64,000 bases of DNA from Acholeplasma sp. (GTDB lineage Bacteria; Bacillota_I; Bacilli_A; Acholeplasmatales; UBA5453): contig JAVBWN010000012.1 of the NCBI GenBank assembly GCA_036677365.1, positions 96,001-160,000 of the forward strand. Reading direction: 5' to 3'. The position numbers and the translations under genes were made by a program. Shown here one piece after another: positions 29,326 to 40,250 of the stretch (within the stretch, counting starts at the first letter, position 1; every line of letters begins with the position of its first letter). The notes below the pieces were generated by a model that worked only from the letters and a program-made list of their open reading frames with translations, was not told where the DNA came from and ran no database searches.

Positions 29326-31089
29326 ATGGCTAAGTTAATCCCCGATTTACAAAAAATAAAAACAAGTATGAGACCTAAACCAGAAATTGGTGAAATGTTT
29401 TTACTCGAATTATTAGCTAAGGAACTTAGTGATGAATGGCATGTTTATTTTCAAGTTAGCATAGATGGAAGCCACCCTGATATTGTTTTGGTGTGCCAAA
29501 ATTTTGGTGTAATAATAATTGAAGTAAAGGATTGGAATTATAATAATTATCACATTTTAAGTGAAGATAATAGGGACAAATGGATATTAAAATCAAAAAA
29601 TCAAAGAATTAAATCACCAATAGATCAAGTAGATGAGTATCGCTGGTTAGTGAAAGAAAAATTAGTCAGTATTATTAATGAAGATGAGTATAGTAATGTG
29701 ATCAGAAATATTGTCGGTATGGTGTATTTTCATAACTTTACGAAAACCGAGATTAATCATGTAGCATCTGTAAGTTATAAATGCGAGAATTACATTAAAC
29801 TATTAAACCGTGAAATATGTTTGGAGTCGAAATTTATGTCAATTCTTAACAAATTCATTTTACATAAAAACAGAAAATGTTTTAGTGAACAAGTTATAGA
29901 AGGGTTTATAAATGTATTTAAACCTTCCCTGAATTGGTTGGACACTATGTTTCCCAATGAATTATTTCATTTTAATAAAAAGCAATTAGAACTATCTATA
30001 TCCAAACCAGAGCATATCAAATTTCGAGGTGTAGCAGGTAGTGGGAAAACATTTGTTTTAGCAAAAAGAGCGATAGACGCATATAAAAAGAAGGGACAAA
30101 AAGTTTTAATTCTATTTTTCAATATTACGATTACTAACTATTTCCACGATAAAATATCTGTTTTTAGAGAAGATGTAAGCTGGAAAGCTTTTGAAATTAT
30201 GCATTTTCACAAGTTAATATATAACAAAATAAATTTAGATATTGGCTATTTCGAAGATATAAATACCCGCATACAAGAAATTATTAAAATGATTAATTCA
30301 GGATATCAAATTGAACAGTATTCAACAATTTTGATTGATGAAGGGCAAGATTTTGAATTACTATGGTTCGAGTTTATAAAAAACTATTTGTTAGCACCAA
30401 ATGGTGAATATGTTATTTGTGCTGATGAAAAACAAAATGTATACAACAAAGTGCTCGAAGATAATAAAATAAAAACAAATATACCAGGTAGGTGGAATGA
30501 ACTCAATGAGTCATATAGATTGGCAGGAAATATAAAAATGGTCGTGCAAAATTTCCAAAATAAATATTTTTTTGATGAAGACTCTATAATCGAAAGCAAC
30601 ATTAAAATGTCGTTATTTGATCCCCAGATTTTTTATTATCGCACATTAGAACATAACATAAATGATGATGTGATAGAAGTAATTCATAAAATGAGAAGTG
30701 AAGGAATTAAGGATAGCGACATATGTATTATCACTGTTCAACATAGTACTTTGAAGTCTATTTCTAACACGTTGGAAAATCAAAACATTAAACATTATTA
30801 TGTATCAGAACAAAAAAGGAGTAAGCAAGGTCTACATTTGAACAATGATTTAATCAAACTCGTTTCGATATATAGTTTCAAAGGTTGGGAATCTAGTTCT
30901 ATCATCTTAATAATTGAGGACAATATGAAACCCGAGTTGTTATACACAGGTATGACAAGAGCTTTTACTAATCTATACATTATTAATTCAATCTATGAAT
31001 ACGAAGAATTCTTCGATGAACAAGAACAGATTGGTTTATTGACAGTAATAAAAAAGTCACGACCTTTATATGAAGAGTTGCCATTTTAA
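29326..31089 (+). CDS. NERD nuclease fused to UvrD-like SF1A helicase
   Basis: HPDIVL...IIEVKDW and SPIDQ (NERD); GVAGSGKT, IDEGQD, SFKGWE, YTGMTRA. Confidence 0.88.
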   Translation: MAKLIPDLQKIKTSMRPKPEIGEMFLLELLAKELSDEWHVYFQVSIDGSHPDIVLVCQNFGVIIIEVKDWNYNNYHILSEDNRDKWILKSKNQRIKSPIDQVDEYRWLVKEKLVSIINEDEYSNVIRNIVGMVYFHNFTKTEINHVASVSYKCENYIKLLNREICLESKFMSILNKFILHKNRKCFSEQVIEGFINVFKPSLNWLDTMFPNELFHFNKKQLELSISKPEHIKFRGVAGSGKTFVLAKRAIDAYKKKGQKVLILFFNITITNYFHDKISVFREDVSWKAFEIMHFHKLIYNKINLDIGYFEDINTRIQEIIKMINSGYQIEQYSTILIDEGQDFELLWFEFIKNYLLAPNGEYVICADEKQNVYNKVLEDNKIKTNIPGRWNELNESYRLAGNIKMVVQNFQNKYFFDEDSIIESNIKMSLFDPQIFYYRTLEHNINDDVIEVIHKMRSEGIKDSDICIITVQHSTLKSISNTLENQNIKHYYVSEQKRSKQGLHLNNDLIKLVSIYSFKGWESSSIILIIEDNMKPELLYTGMTRAFTNLYIINSIYEYEEFFDEQEQIGLLTVIKKSRPLYEELPF

Positions 31090-31129
31090 TATTTGAGTTT
31101 TTTCTATTATAAAACAGTATAGAAAGTAA

Positions 31130-33238
31130 GTGATGAAATTGATTAGATTAGACAATGATTTAAAAAAAGACTTTATACAATTCTTAGAGAATAGAGCAAA
31201 ACCTTCTCCAGGTCCTGATAAATACATTGACCAGACATCTGAAAAAATTAATATTTATGTGGAAGAGAGCGATTTTTTCAAGTATTTAACATATTCACTT
31301 CTAGACATTGAAAAATACTACTTTATTAACCAAAAAGTGGATTTGAATCAATTCGCTAAAGACTATATAGATTTTCTAGATACAGATGTCGATGATTTGT
31401 TTATAGAACATGCGGATGAGCTGTCTGACTATGATTATTATAATCCAAAGCTAATTATTGATGTGTATAAAAACAGTGTTCCAGTCATATTTAATCAAAA
31501 GGATAAAACTAGAGTTGAATTTAACGAAATCGTCTTAAGAAGAATTGTTGGGGATTTCAGTTTTGATTCATCATCTATAACCAAACTAGAAAAATCAATA
31601 ACTGACTTGTACAAAAATATTGCAAGCATGTATTTGAATAATGTTATCTATAGGCTTTTAAAATTAGATCACTTTGCTTTTTTATTCTGCTATGATGTGA
31701 TAAAAAAAAGCCAAAAGAATTCTCATAAGTGCATTTCATTTTTAGGGAAAATACATTTCATATCATTTGATTGTAATAGTATTGACCCCTTTAGTTATTG
31801 TTTTGAGGAGGATTTTCCAAAATACCTCGAAGCACTTGAACTTATTAATTTAGAGGATTTTCGAGAACAAAGTCGTTTAGAGGATATGTATGTGAATTTA
31901 TTCAATATTTCAGAATATTATGAAAGATACAATACAACTTATACAAGATTTCCACTTGCAATTAATCCATACATTAAGTCAAATGACAAAAATACCTATA
32001 TCAGATTTTATCATCTAATGTGTAATTTTGCTGATAAAAACTTTGATTTTTTTATTAATTCATATAGAAGTTTCGGAGTCAAAATGAATTATTATTTTGA
32101 ATTATTGTTACTCAAAAAACTGATTCAGAATAAAATGTCTACTAAGAATGAAGATAAGCAGTTCAAAGAGTATTATAATAAATTAAAAGCTAGGTTTGAC
32201 TGGATTAAATACGACATTATTAATGATTCTGTTAATGAAATTCTAGAATATATTTCTGATACTTTCATAAATTCGAATGAGATTACTTTAACTGATAATG
32301 ATTTAAATGACATTAAAAAAATTGTACTTGTACTTGGTCTAATAATTGACAACTTAAACTTATTAGATAGTGATAATATGGAGATTTATAGTAGACTACA
32401 AGATTACGGGTATCAATTAGATTTATTACTTAAAAATATACCTAATGGTGATAATTATTTTGGAATATTCGATTATTCAAGTATACTACAAGATTATTTA
32501 AATAACATTTATGTAAGCAATTTTAGTTTTGAATATTCAAATGCCTTAATTCAACTTTATAATCAAGTTGAAGAAGAAGACAGAGCCGAACAGGCAAAAC
32601 AGGATATAAATGAGTTTAGAAGATCATTTACTGAAAGAGACTATGCTACCTTAGTAAGAACAAAAATCCTAGGTGTGTTCAACCTGACATTCAACGGAAG
32701 AGTAGATAACAAAATAATGTTGAAATACTTAACAGCACTAGAGGGAACATCGGAATTTATTAAATTATATAGCACTTCTGAATTTAATTATAATTTACTC
32801 ATGAATGGTGAATTTGATTTGAAAGATTTTGAGCTGACACCAATTATAACTGGGTTACTTAAAGGAACAGAGCAAATGTTGAGTTCTTTCGTAGAGTGGT
32901 ACTATAATACATTAGAAAAAGACACAACAACAAGTATTCGTAGTTTCAATATTGAACTTTCAATAAGGGATAGTGAATGGAAGCAAAACATTACATTCGG
33001 TAGCTTAGTAAAACACATTGATGCACATATAATGGACAAAATTTTTAAGAATTGTTTTGAACCTAATAAACGATATCAAGTCATAAATGAGTTAAATGTT
33101 TGGAATACAAAAATACGAAACTCGAAATTCCACTCTTCAAACATTTATAATAAATCATTAATTGACCCGATAATTAATGATTGCTATCATGTTGCGAATA
33201 CAATAATACAATTGATGAGAATTGCAGATAGTAATTGA
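31130..33238 (+). CDS. Hypothetical protein with putative C-terminal HEPN domain
   Basis: LLKGTEQML...ITFG...IRNSKFH near the C-terminus; very AT-rich. Confidence 0.6.
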   Translation: MMKLIRLDNDLKKDFIQFLENRAKPSPGPDKYIDQTSEKINIYVEESDFFKYLTYSLLDIEKYYFINQKVDLNQFAKDYIDFLDTDVDDLFIEHADELSDYDYYNPKLIIDVYKNSVPVIFNQKDKTRVEFNEIVLRRIVGDFSFDSSSITKLEKSITDLYKNIASMYLNNVIYRLLKLDHFAFLFCYDVIKKSQKNSHKCISFLGKIHFISFDCNSIDPFSYCFEEDFPKYLEALELINLEDFREQSRLEDMYVNLFNISEYYERYNTTYTRFPLAINPYIKSNDKNTYIRFYHLMCNFADKNFDFFINSYRSFGVKMNYYFELLLLKKLIQNKMSTKNEDKQFKEYYNKLKARFDWIKYDIINDSVNEILEYISDTFINSNEITLTDNDLNDIKKIVLVLGLIIDNLNLLDSDNMEIYSRLQDYGYQLDLLLKNIPNGDNYFGIFDYSSILQDYLNNIYVSNFSFEYSNALIQLYNQVEEEDRAEQAKQDINEFRRSFTERDYATLVRTKILGVFNLTFNGRVDNKIMLKYLTALEGTSEFIKLYSTSEFNYNLLMNGEFDLKDFELTPIITGLLKGTEQMLSSFVEWYYNTLEKDTTTSIRSFNIELSIRDSEWKQNITFGSLVKHIDAHIMDKIFKNCFEPNKRYQVINELNVWNTKIRNSKFHSSNIYNKSLIDPIINDCYHVANTIIQLMRIADSN

Positions 33239-33577
33239 TTTATTCTCTAATTAATTGTCAAATTCGTTCATATTATACTAAACGGATAGTTGTACATGTT
33301 TTTAATAATTGATACGAATATATTTCTTTCAATTACTATTATATTAAAGTCTTTCTACAGAAATAGTCACAAATAAGATAATTAGAATTAAATCAATATT
33401 TGTACGTCATTTAATCTTGTTATATAATGTGTAGGTTTAAGTTTTTGCTCCATTTATAATGGCATTTCAGTAGCTTATATGTTCAATTTTAAAATTTACT
33501 TTTTAAATATTTAAGGCTCAATGTTTTATTGTAGAGTATAGTAACTAAACAGGTTTAATTGATGAAGGAGGAAAACA

Positions 33578-34558
33578 ATGAAAAAAAATTATGTACTCAG
33601 CATTTTTCTGGTTTTACTAATCCTAGCTGGTTGTGTAGATAAAACATACGACGAACAAATATCGATAATCGGTCAAGTGAAATCGGAAATCATTGTCGGT
33701 TCACCTTATATTGAACTAGGTTTGATTATTCCAGATAATCATGTTTATGTCGTTGAAGGAGAAGTAAACACTTCCGTCGTAGGAAGTTATGTTTTGACCT
33801 ATACAGTCTTATCAACTAAGGGTGAACTTGTCAAAAAATTATATCGTTATGTGGATGTTATTGACAATATAAATCCATCTTTAACGCTATTCGAAGATAT
33901 AACATTTTATGTTGGATTCTCCTATAGTATTAATGATGTTATATATGATTATTCAGATAACTATGATTCTCAGAATAATTTGGTTATCGACTATAACCCT
34001 TCTATTTTTACAAAGAATACCCCAGGTGTTTATGCTCTGGAAATATCAATTACCGATTCATCAGGTAATAAAGTCACAGTTAACTCGACTTTTCAAGTGA
34101 TTTTAGATATGTTTAAACTCATTGAGCATGTTTACGAGTATCAGACTTATAAGATTAGCAAAGGTACAACCGGCATTGGAAGCTCTTATATTAGAGTCCA
34201 AATCGACAATAACACATCTTTCACTTATTATGATTCGGGGTCTATACATTATATAAAGAGCTTTACAACTTCATTAGGGACCAGGGCTTCAATCCAAATT
34301 TCTGGTAATTATGGAAACATGTATAATGCGAGGATCAATTATCATATAACAGGTATTGGTACTTACTCGGTTGGTTTTATTGATTTTGATGCAACCCAAG
34401 ACTATGAATCGTTGACATTTATTCAATTTGACCACATGATTAATAATTTGTATCTAAGGGAACAAGACATGATCAATGAATTTAACCCTAGAGCACTTCC
34501 TACCCTAAAAGAATTAAAGAATTATATGGAAAACACTCTGAATTTAATCCTAGAATAG
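33578..34558 (+). CDS. Lipoprotein with DUF5011/Ig-like domains
   Basis: AAGGAGG RBS, MKK + hydrophobic + LAGC lipobox, VNTSVVGSYVLTY, DNYD, DSSGN. Confidence 0.8.
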   Translation: MKKNYVLSIFLVLLILAGCVDKTYDEQISIIGQVKSEIIVGSPYIELGLIIPDNHVYVVEGEVNTSVVGSYVLTYTVLSTKGELVKKLYRYVDVIDNINPSLTLFEDITFYVGFSYSINDVIYDYSDNYDSQNNLVIDYNPSIFTKNTPGVYALEISITDSSGNKVTVNSTFQVILDMFKLIEHVYEYQTYKISKGTTGIGSSYIRVQIDNNTSFTYYDSGSIHYIKSFTTSLGTRASIQISGNYGNMYNARINYHITGIGTYSVGFIDFDATQDYESLTFIQFDHMINNLYLREQDMINEFNPRALPTLKELKNYMENTLNLILE

Positions 34559-34665
34559 TTTTATTAAGTATTGATTAATAGAAATTGGACTGTTACTAGT
34601 GTCGTTAAAAGAATATTATTGTAACTAATAATGACTTACACTTTCATAAAGGAGAAAATGTAACA

Positions 34666-36114
34666 ATGAACATATATGACTATTACGCACAACTTCGTGG
34701 ATTTGGAGATAGAAGAATACTACACGAATTATTTCTCTTTATGATGAAATTTGATAAGCAGGAAAAAAATGAAGATTATTATATCGCTTTGTATACAGCG
34801 AGCAGTATAGTTATTAATTTCCCATTTAAGACTGATGTAGATATTTTTGTACTTAAAAAAACCCTAAATGAGAGAGGTGATTTTTTTAAGAATAGAAACC
34901 GTATTAACAATAAACTTAAAGAGCAAAATCTTCCCACAATTAGATTAGACTCTAATTATTATTTTTTATATACAACAAATGGAAATAGCAAATATGATCA
35001 TTTTAAAATAATCACAGATGAGGTATTAAAATATTACTTTTACAACAGAAGATATTCAGATGCATACACTATTTTGATGGAAGCGTCGCTGTATCATCAC
35101 ATCAATGTATATAATGAAATCTCTTCAGAAACTACTTACGGAAGTAACCCAAACTTATTCAATCATTTATGTGCCAATTTAGCTAGCGATTTGGATTTAA
35201 TATTGGGGGATGGTGGCTATTGGGAACTAGAATACGATCAATTAATCAAAATGATAGAATCAATAAAAAATTATGAGTACTCACCATATGATGAATACTA
35301 TTTGCCATTTAAACATTTTATGGTAATGGCACTTGAGATTCTTTATGAAAATAATGACGATAATTTATTTGACTTAACCGGTTCGTTATTTGAGAAATGG
35401 TTTAATAACGATGACGAATACTCACGAAGTGCCAAGAGCTTAATTAGAAAGAAAAATAACGATCGTATTATAAAAAACATATCACAAAAGTTAAAAATTA
35501 GTCCTAGTGTATTTATGTCAAGTGATGATTTCCTTGTTATCGAAAAGAAATTCGATGAATATTTGGGGCAATTGTATTTTGATAAGACAAAATACCAATT
35601 AAGATTAACTAACAGTTATAATATTGATATTTCCAAACTAGATGAAAAAACAATATTATTTCTAACCACAGGTGATTATATATTCGAAATACTATCAAAA
35701 CAGGATGATGTAGATTTTGCAGGTGCCGCAATTTCATGGTGTAGAGCGGTAGAAAATGAGCTAAAAGTTATTGTGTATGACGCATTCATTAAGAGTATGA
35801 GCAAAAATGAGATTAAAGAAAAGTTTAAACTCACTTCAGTACAGGGATATTTTTCGCTAAACTACTTTCCATATATTATAGATAATGATAATTCTGTTAA
35901 ATTGCATAATCATCTAAAAGGATTAAATCTATTTAAATCATTTTCAACTAAAGCTTTTGAAGAATTTTTTACTAATATAAGAAATCTGGCTAATACTTAT
36001 AGAAACGCAGTTTCTCATACTGATAGCATTTCTGTTGTAGATGCTAAAATTTGTCATGATATTATTCTGATTACAAATAAAATAATGCAAAAATGTATAA
36101 TGATTTCAAATTGA
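34666..36114 (+). CDS. Hypothetical protein with putative C-terminal HEPN domain
   Basis: DFAGAAISWCRAVENELK...YRNAVSH. Confidence 0.65.
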   Translation: MNIYDYYAQLRGFGDRRILHELFLFMMKFDKQEKNEDYYIALYTASSIVINFPFKTDVDIFVLKKTLNERGDFFKNRNRINNKLKEQNLPTIRLDSNYYFLYTTNGNSKYDHFKIITDEVLKYYFYNRRYSDAYTILMEASLYHHINVYNEISSETTYGSNPNLFNHLCANLASDLDLILGDGGYWELEYDQLIKMIESIKNYEYSPYDEYYLPFKHFMVMALEILYENNDDNLFDLTGSLFEKWFNNDDEYSRSAKSLIRKKNNDRIIKNISQKLKISPSVFMSSDDFLVIEKKFDEYLGQLYFDKTKYQLRLTNSYNIDISKLDEKTILFLTTGDYIFEILSKQDDVDFAGAAISWCRAVENELKVIVYDAFIKSMSKNEIKEKFKLTSVQGYFSLNYFPYIIDNDNSVKLHNHLKGLNLFKSFSTKAFEEFFTNIRNLANTYRNAVSHTDSISVVDAKICHDIILITNKIMQKCIMISN

Positions 36115-36163
36115 TGTATGGAAAGTAATGATTTAATATAGACGATGAGGTTTACCAAGAAAT

Positions 36164-37141
36164 ATGAACATTAAAGACATTGATTTCAAAAAATATCGAA
36201 TGTGGTTTATACCTATAGTGGGTTTTTTATTGTTTTGGACAATCTTTGGAGCAATCACCATCGATTATCGTTGGTGGTGGTTATCATTTCTATCCATTAC
36301 ACTCTCTAGCTTTACATTAGAATTATATAAGGATCAAATCATTAAAAGCCCACTATTTCATCAACGTGTTCGATATATATTGGGTTGGATTAGTTTTATC
36401 TCTGTCATTTTTATTATATTGGCTTGCTTCATATCGTTGTGGTGGTTGTTTGGTGGATTAATCATCACTTTTATCATTATTGGGACTTGGGGTAGTTTCA
36501 TTAATGAAAGTGATGAGAATCTACTACCGACAAGAGAAAAGAAAATCATATCTTATTCAGGTTTAGGATTTCTATTATTACTGATTGGATTGTTCTTTAT
36601 ACCATCCTATGTTGCTAATAATCACAAAAATCCAAAAGATCGATTTGGTACTGATCCAAGTGCCGTGTTGTCATATGTCCTATATGAAGAGGGGCTTCCG
36701 ACTAATAAAGAACATGTCGTTCCTAAAAGCTGGTTTAGTAATGGAGACAACACGAATTACTTTAATGACTATGTCAATATGATGAATGCGAACGAAGCAG
36801 CAAACTCAGCGAGAGCGAATTTACGATTAGGTAATGTCAGAAAAACAGAAGCAAATAAGGTTTGGGATGGCAATGTACTCGTTGGGTATAAAAATGATAA
36901 ATACTTTATGCCATTAGATAAATACAAAGGTGATGTAGCTAGGATTGTCATTTATATGTATGTAACCTATAAGAATGATGGACTGGATGTAAGATACATC
37001 AATCTCAGTTTGATGAAAAAATGGTCAAGACAAGACCCGGTAGATCAAAAAGAAAAAAAACGTAACAACGATATACTAAATCAAAAAGGTCATAACAATA
37101 AGTTTGTCTCAAATCCATGGCTTATTGGATTTGTAGTATAA
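36164..37141 (+). CDS. Multi-TM membrane protein fused to endonuclease I (His-Me finger) domain
   Basis: About five N-terminal hydrophobic segments; NKEHVVPKSW, NSARANL, KGDVARIVIYMYVTY, W...DPVD..E..RN. Confidence 0.8.
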   Translation: MNIKDIDFKKYRMWFIPIVGFLLFWTIFGAITIDYRWWWLSFLSITLSSFTLELYKDQIIKSPLFHQRVRYILGWISFISVIFIILACFISLWWLFGGLIITFIIIGTWGSFINESDENLLPTREKKIISYSGLGFLLLLIGLFFIPSYVANNHKNPKDRFGTDPSAVLSYVLYEEGLPTNKEHVVPKSWFSNGDNTNYFNDYVNMMNANEAANSARANLRLGNVRKTEANKVWDGNVLVGYKNDKYFMPLDKYKGDVARIVIYMYVTYKNDGLDVRYINLSLMKKWSRQDPVDQKEKKRNNDILNQKGHNNKFVSNPWLIGFVV

Positions 37142-37152
37142 AGGAGAAAAAT

Positions 37153-37434
37153 ATGAAATGGCAACCGAATGAAGATAGAATTTGTTCTGCAATTTTCATC
37201 ATAAATCATGTACTTCGAGAGTTTAGCGTAGACACATCTGTCAAAGAAGCCATTAAGAATGGCGTCAACAAAACCGAAGGAAGTATAAAAATGAAGTTCA
37301 GCAATATCGCTTCAATTTGTGATGATTTAGGAATAAAGGTACTAACGAAAATGGGTCGATTGGCAAATTATTCTAAACAAAATAGAGATGAGTTTGAAAA
37401 TGTTTTAAGAAATTCACCATTTTTAAAGAAATAA
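37153..37434 (+). CDS. Small hypothetical protein (KTEGSIKMKFSN, HTH-like)
   Basis: AAGGAG RBS before ATG 37153; motif recalls the N-terminal domain of some HNH restriction nucleases. Confidence 0.6.
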   Translation: MKWQPNEDRICSAIFIINHVLREFSVDTSVKEAIKNGVNKTEGSIKMKFSNIASICDDLGIKVLTKMGRLANYSKQNRDEFENVLRNSPFLKK

Positions 37435-37476
37435 TACATTCTCTAGCAATCATTATTTAAAAAGGAGATTTCATAA

Positions 37477-38619
37477 ATGTTAGGTGCGATTATTGGCGAC
37501 ATCATTGGTTCAATATATGAATTTGATCCAATCAAGACAAAAGACTTTCCACTCTTTGGGAAAAACAATGAAATCACAGATGACAGCTATTTAACCATGG
37601 CTGTCTTTTCAGCACTTGAAAAATGTCATGGAGATTACACCCATTTAAGTGAAGTCGTAACCAAAAAACTGATTGAATGGTATGCGAATTATCCTACACC
37701 TATGGGTGGATACGGACATAGATTTGAACATTGGGCAATATCCTCTTTACAAAACTATAAAGTTTTACCACCATACAATAGTTTCGGCAACGGTGCTGCC
37801 ATGAGAATTAGCCCCGTGGCATATTTTGCGAACAGCATAGATGAATGTATTGAACTCTCAAAAAAAGTCACTCAAGTCACACACAATCATCCGGAAGGCA
37901 TCAAAGGGGCAGAAGCCGTCGCTGTAACCATCTATATGGCTTTACATGGTAGTAATCGTAAAGAAATTACAGACTTTATCAAAGCACATTATTACCCTCT
38001 CAAAGCAAACTGTAATGAGATTAGAAAGCATTATGGTTTTGAACCATCTTGTCAAGAAACCGTCCCTCAAAGCATCCAAGCTTTCTTGGATTCTACGTGT
38101 TATGAGGATGCGGTTAGGATGACCATTTCATTGGGTGGCGATGCAGATACCATGGGTGCGATTACTGGGGCGATTGCTGAGGCGTATTATGGCATTCCAA
38201 AAGACATTGAATCTAAAATGAATGATTATTTAGATGATAGATGTAAAAAGCTAGCCAAACGAATGATTGATAAACGTCAACAAGTTGTCAGAAGGTATTT
38301 GGAAAAAGATACAAAACAACAGGGGTTTACACACTCAAGAGTCAATGGCAGTGATATGGACGGACTTCCTGATAATCATCAAACCAATGCAGCTTTTAAG
38401 CATAATGGTGTATTATATCAGTCCAAACAAGCCAAACAGTTTGTGATAATCGATGAATCCAATGTTGAAACACCCATGAATGCCGATGATTTTCAGTTTT
38501 TTATCGATGAACTCAGGTTATTTCTACACCATAAATTTAAAGATAATATTTCTAGTGTTGAAGATTTTTACAGTGAGTTATTCATTAAAATGTCTACAAA
38601 CTTTTGGAGTGAGGATTAA
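37477..38619 (+). CDS. ADP-ribosylglycohydrolase (DraG/ARH) with C-terminal extension
   Basis: GAIIGDIIG, ITDDS, SFGNGAAMR, THNHPEG, GGDADT. Confidence 0.92.
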   Translation: MLGAIIGDIIGSIYEFDPIKTKDFPLFGKNNEITDDSYLTMAVFSALEKCHGDYTHLSEVVTKKLIEWYANYPTPMGGYGHRFEHWAISSLQNYKVLPPYNSFGNGAAMRISPVAYFANSIDECIELSKKVTQVTHNHPEGIKGAEAVAVTIYMALHGSNRKEITDFIKAHYYPLKANCNEIRKHYGFEPSCQETVPQSIQAFLDSTCYEDAVRMTISLGGDADTMGAITGAIAEAYYGIPKDIESKMNDYLDDRCKKLAKRMIDKRQQVVRRYLEKDTKQQGFTHSRVNGSDMDGLPDNHQTNAAFKHNGVLYQSKQAKQFVIIDESNVETPMNADDFQFFIDELRLFLHHKFKDNISSVEDFYSELFIKMSTNFWSED

Positions 38620-39704
38620 TGATGAAAAAGAAAAAACCTATAATCAACAAGTATATCATGTTTTTTATAATCCTAATTGCTATAGTCACCGCTATCTTTA
38701 CAGATTTTGGACCCATCGACTTGGTGTATGTTTTATTACTAGTCCCAATGATGATACTTACACTTCAAGTCGTAATCATCATCCATGAACTCGGTCACTT
38801 GGTTTTAGGGTTAATGACGGGTTATCGATTCTTGAGCTATCGATACTTTTCTTGGATTATTGTTAAGGATAAAGTCGGCAAATTCCACTTAAAGCGTTAC
38901 TCTATTTTGGGTACAGGTGGCCAATGCTTAATGATACCACCAGATCAAGAAGAAATACCCATCTTTTGGTACAACATAGGTGGTGTACTCTTTAATGCCT
39001 TATCCATTATTCCTGCGATATTCATCATTTATAGGCAGCCTAATGAATGGATAGTCTATGGCGTTATAGTCTTTATATTCATGAGTATATTTTTGATTGC
39101 TACCAACTGGTTACCCATCAAAGGGATTACCAATGATGGTAATAGCTACCGTGAAGCTAAAAAATACCCAGAAACCAGACAGGCTTTTAACGATATCATA
39201 AGGATGAGCATGTATTACACTTACGGCTATCGTTCTAATGAAATCTTGCTTAAATCCAATCTTGAAAGTCTATCTTATGAACATACCTTGCAGGCAATCA
39301 TTTTGTTGTTCATGCATACAAGAAAGCTATACGCACTCGATATCGAAGGTTTTAAACAAGGCATATTCGATATGGAAAATGCGTTTGAATCCAAACAAAT
39401 CAAAATGCTTCCAGCAATGAAATTATATATATACTTCATTCGATTATTAGAAAGAAAACTGGATGACCCAATACTCACCGATAAAACACTACAGACGATA
39501 TTGAAAAGATCCAAATACGAACCATTCTTCTATATCATTCGTTATGTAGAATCCACCTTACGTGGTCAAGAAGACTCAAATAAAATCAAAGAAGCCTTTT
39601 TTCAATTAGCACAAAAAAGCCACCTTAAAGGGGAAGTATTGGATTGTATCGACTTGATGGATTATTTAGATCAACACGTGTTATTTCCATCCTTCATGGA
39701 CTAA
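38619..39704 (+). CDS. M50 site-2-protease family membrane metallopeptidase
   Basis: HELGH in a TM segment, GGVLFN, NWLP...NDG. Confidence 0.85.
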   Translation: MMKKKKPIINKYIMFFIILIAIVTAIFTDFGPIDLVYVLLLVPMMILTLQVVIIIHELGHLVLGLMTGYRFLSYRYFSWIIVKDKVGKFHLKRYSILGTGGQCLMIPPDQEEIPIFWYNIGGVLFNALSIIPAIFIIYRQPNEWIVYGVIVFIFMSIFLIATNWLPIKGITNDGNSYREAKKYPETRQAFNDIIRMSMYYTYGYRSNEILLKSNLESLSYEHTLQAIILLFMHTRKLYALDIEGFKQGIFDMENAFESKQIKMLPAMKLYIYFIRLLERKLDDPILTDKTLQTILKRSKYEPFFYIIRYVESTLRGQEDSNKIKEAFFQLAQKSHLKGEVLDCIDLMDYLDQHVLFPSFMD

Positions 39705-39720
39705 TAACCTCAATGAATAT

Positions 39721-39750
39721 CACCTCAAATTGTTGAGGTGTTTATTTTTT
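39721..39750. terminator. Hairpin between convergent genes
   Basis: CACCTCAA-attg-TTGAGGTG followed by T-rich tract. Confidence 0.65.
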
Positions 39751-40095
39751 AATTATGGCTACTGTAATGATATTTTCTAAGATTCGTATCAAATCGTATC
39801 TTATGACATGGACATACATTGATATTCGAAAAGGGAATCTTTTAATACGAACAGATCTTAAATCAAAATACAAATCAGTTAAATCTACGGTTTTAACAAT
39901 ATTCTCCGTTAATTGCCACGTTGTTTTCAACGATTTTGGTAAGTAACTAAAAACAAGGACAACGTGGCCATCTTTAAGTATGTTGTAATCATTGCTTTTT
40001 GAGGGAATCTTATGGATGACACACCCTTGTTTTTCGATTACTTCTGTTATAATGGTTAGAAAATCTCTTTCGAATCCATACTTCATCAAAATCAC
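39742..40095 (-). CDS. Hypothetical protein
   Basis: Occupies an otherwise empty interval; AAGGGTG RBS-like sequence at the 5' end. Confidence 0.55.
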   Translation of the reverse strand: MILMKYGFERDFLTIITEVIEKQGCVIHKIPSKSNDYNILKDGHVVLVFSYLPKSLKTTWQLTENIVKTVDLTDLYFDLRSVRIKRFPFRISMYVHVIRYDLIRILENIITVAIIKK

Positions 40096-40250
40096 CCTTT
40101 CATCATCTTTATTTTATCACTTTGAACTTAAACATAAATGATTAATTTTGAGTTTTTATTACATGTTTATCTAAAAAACATTCTTTTACAATATGAAATC
40201 ATATATAATGAAATTGATAAATCATTATAAAAAGAGAATAGGTTTCGTAT

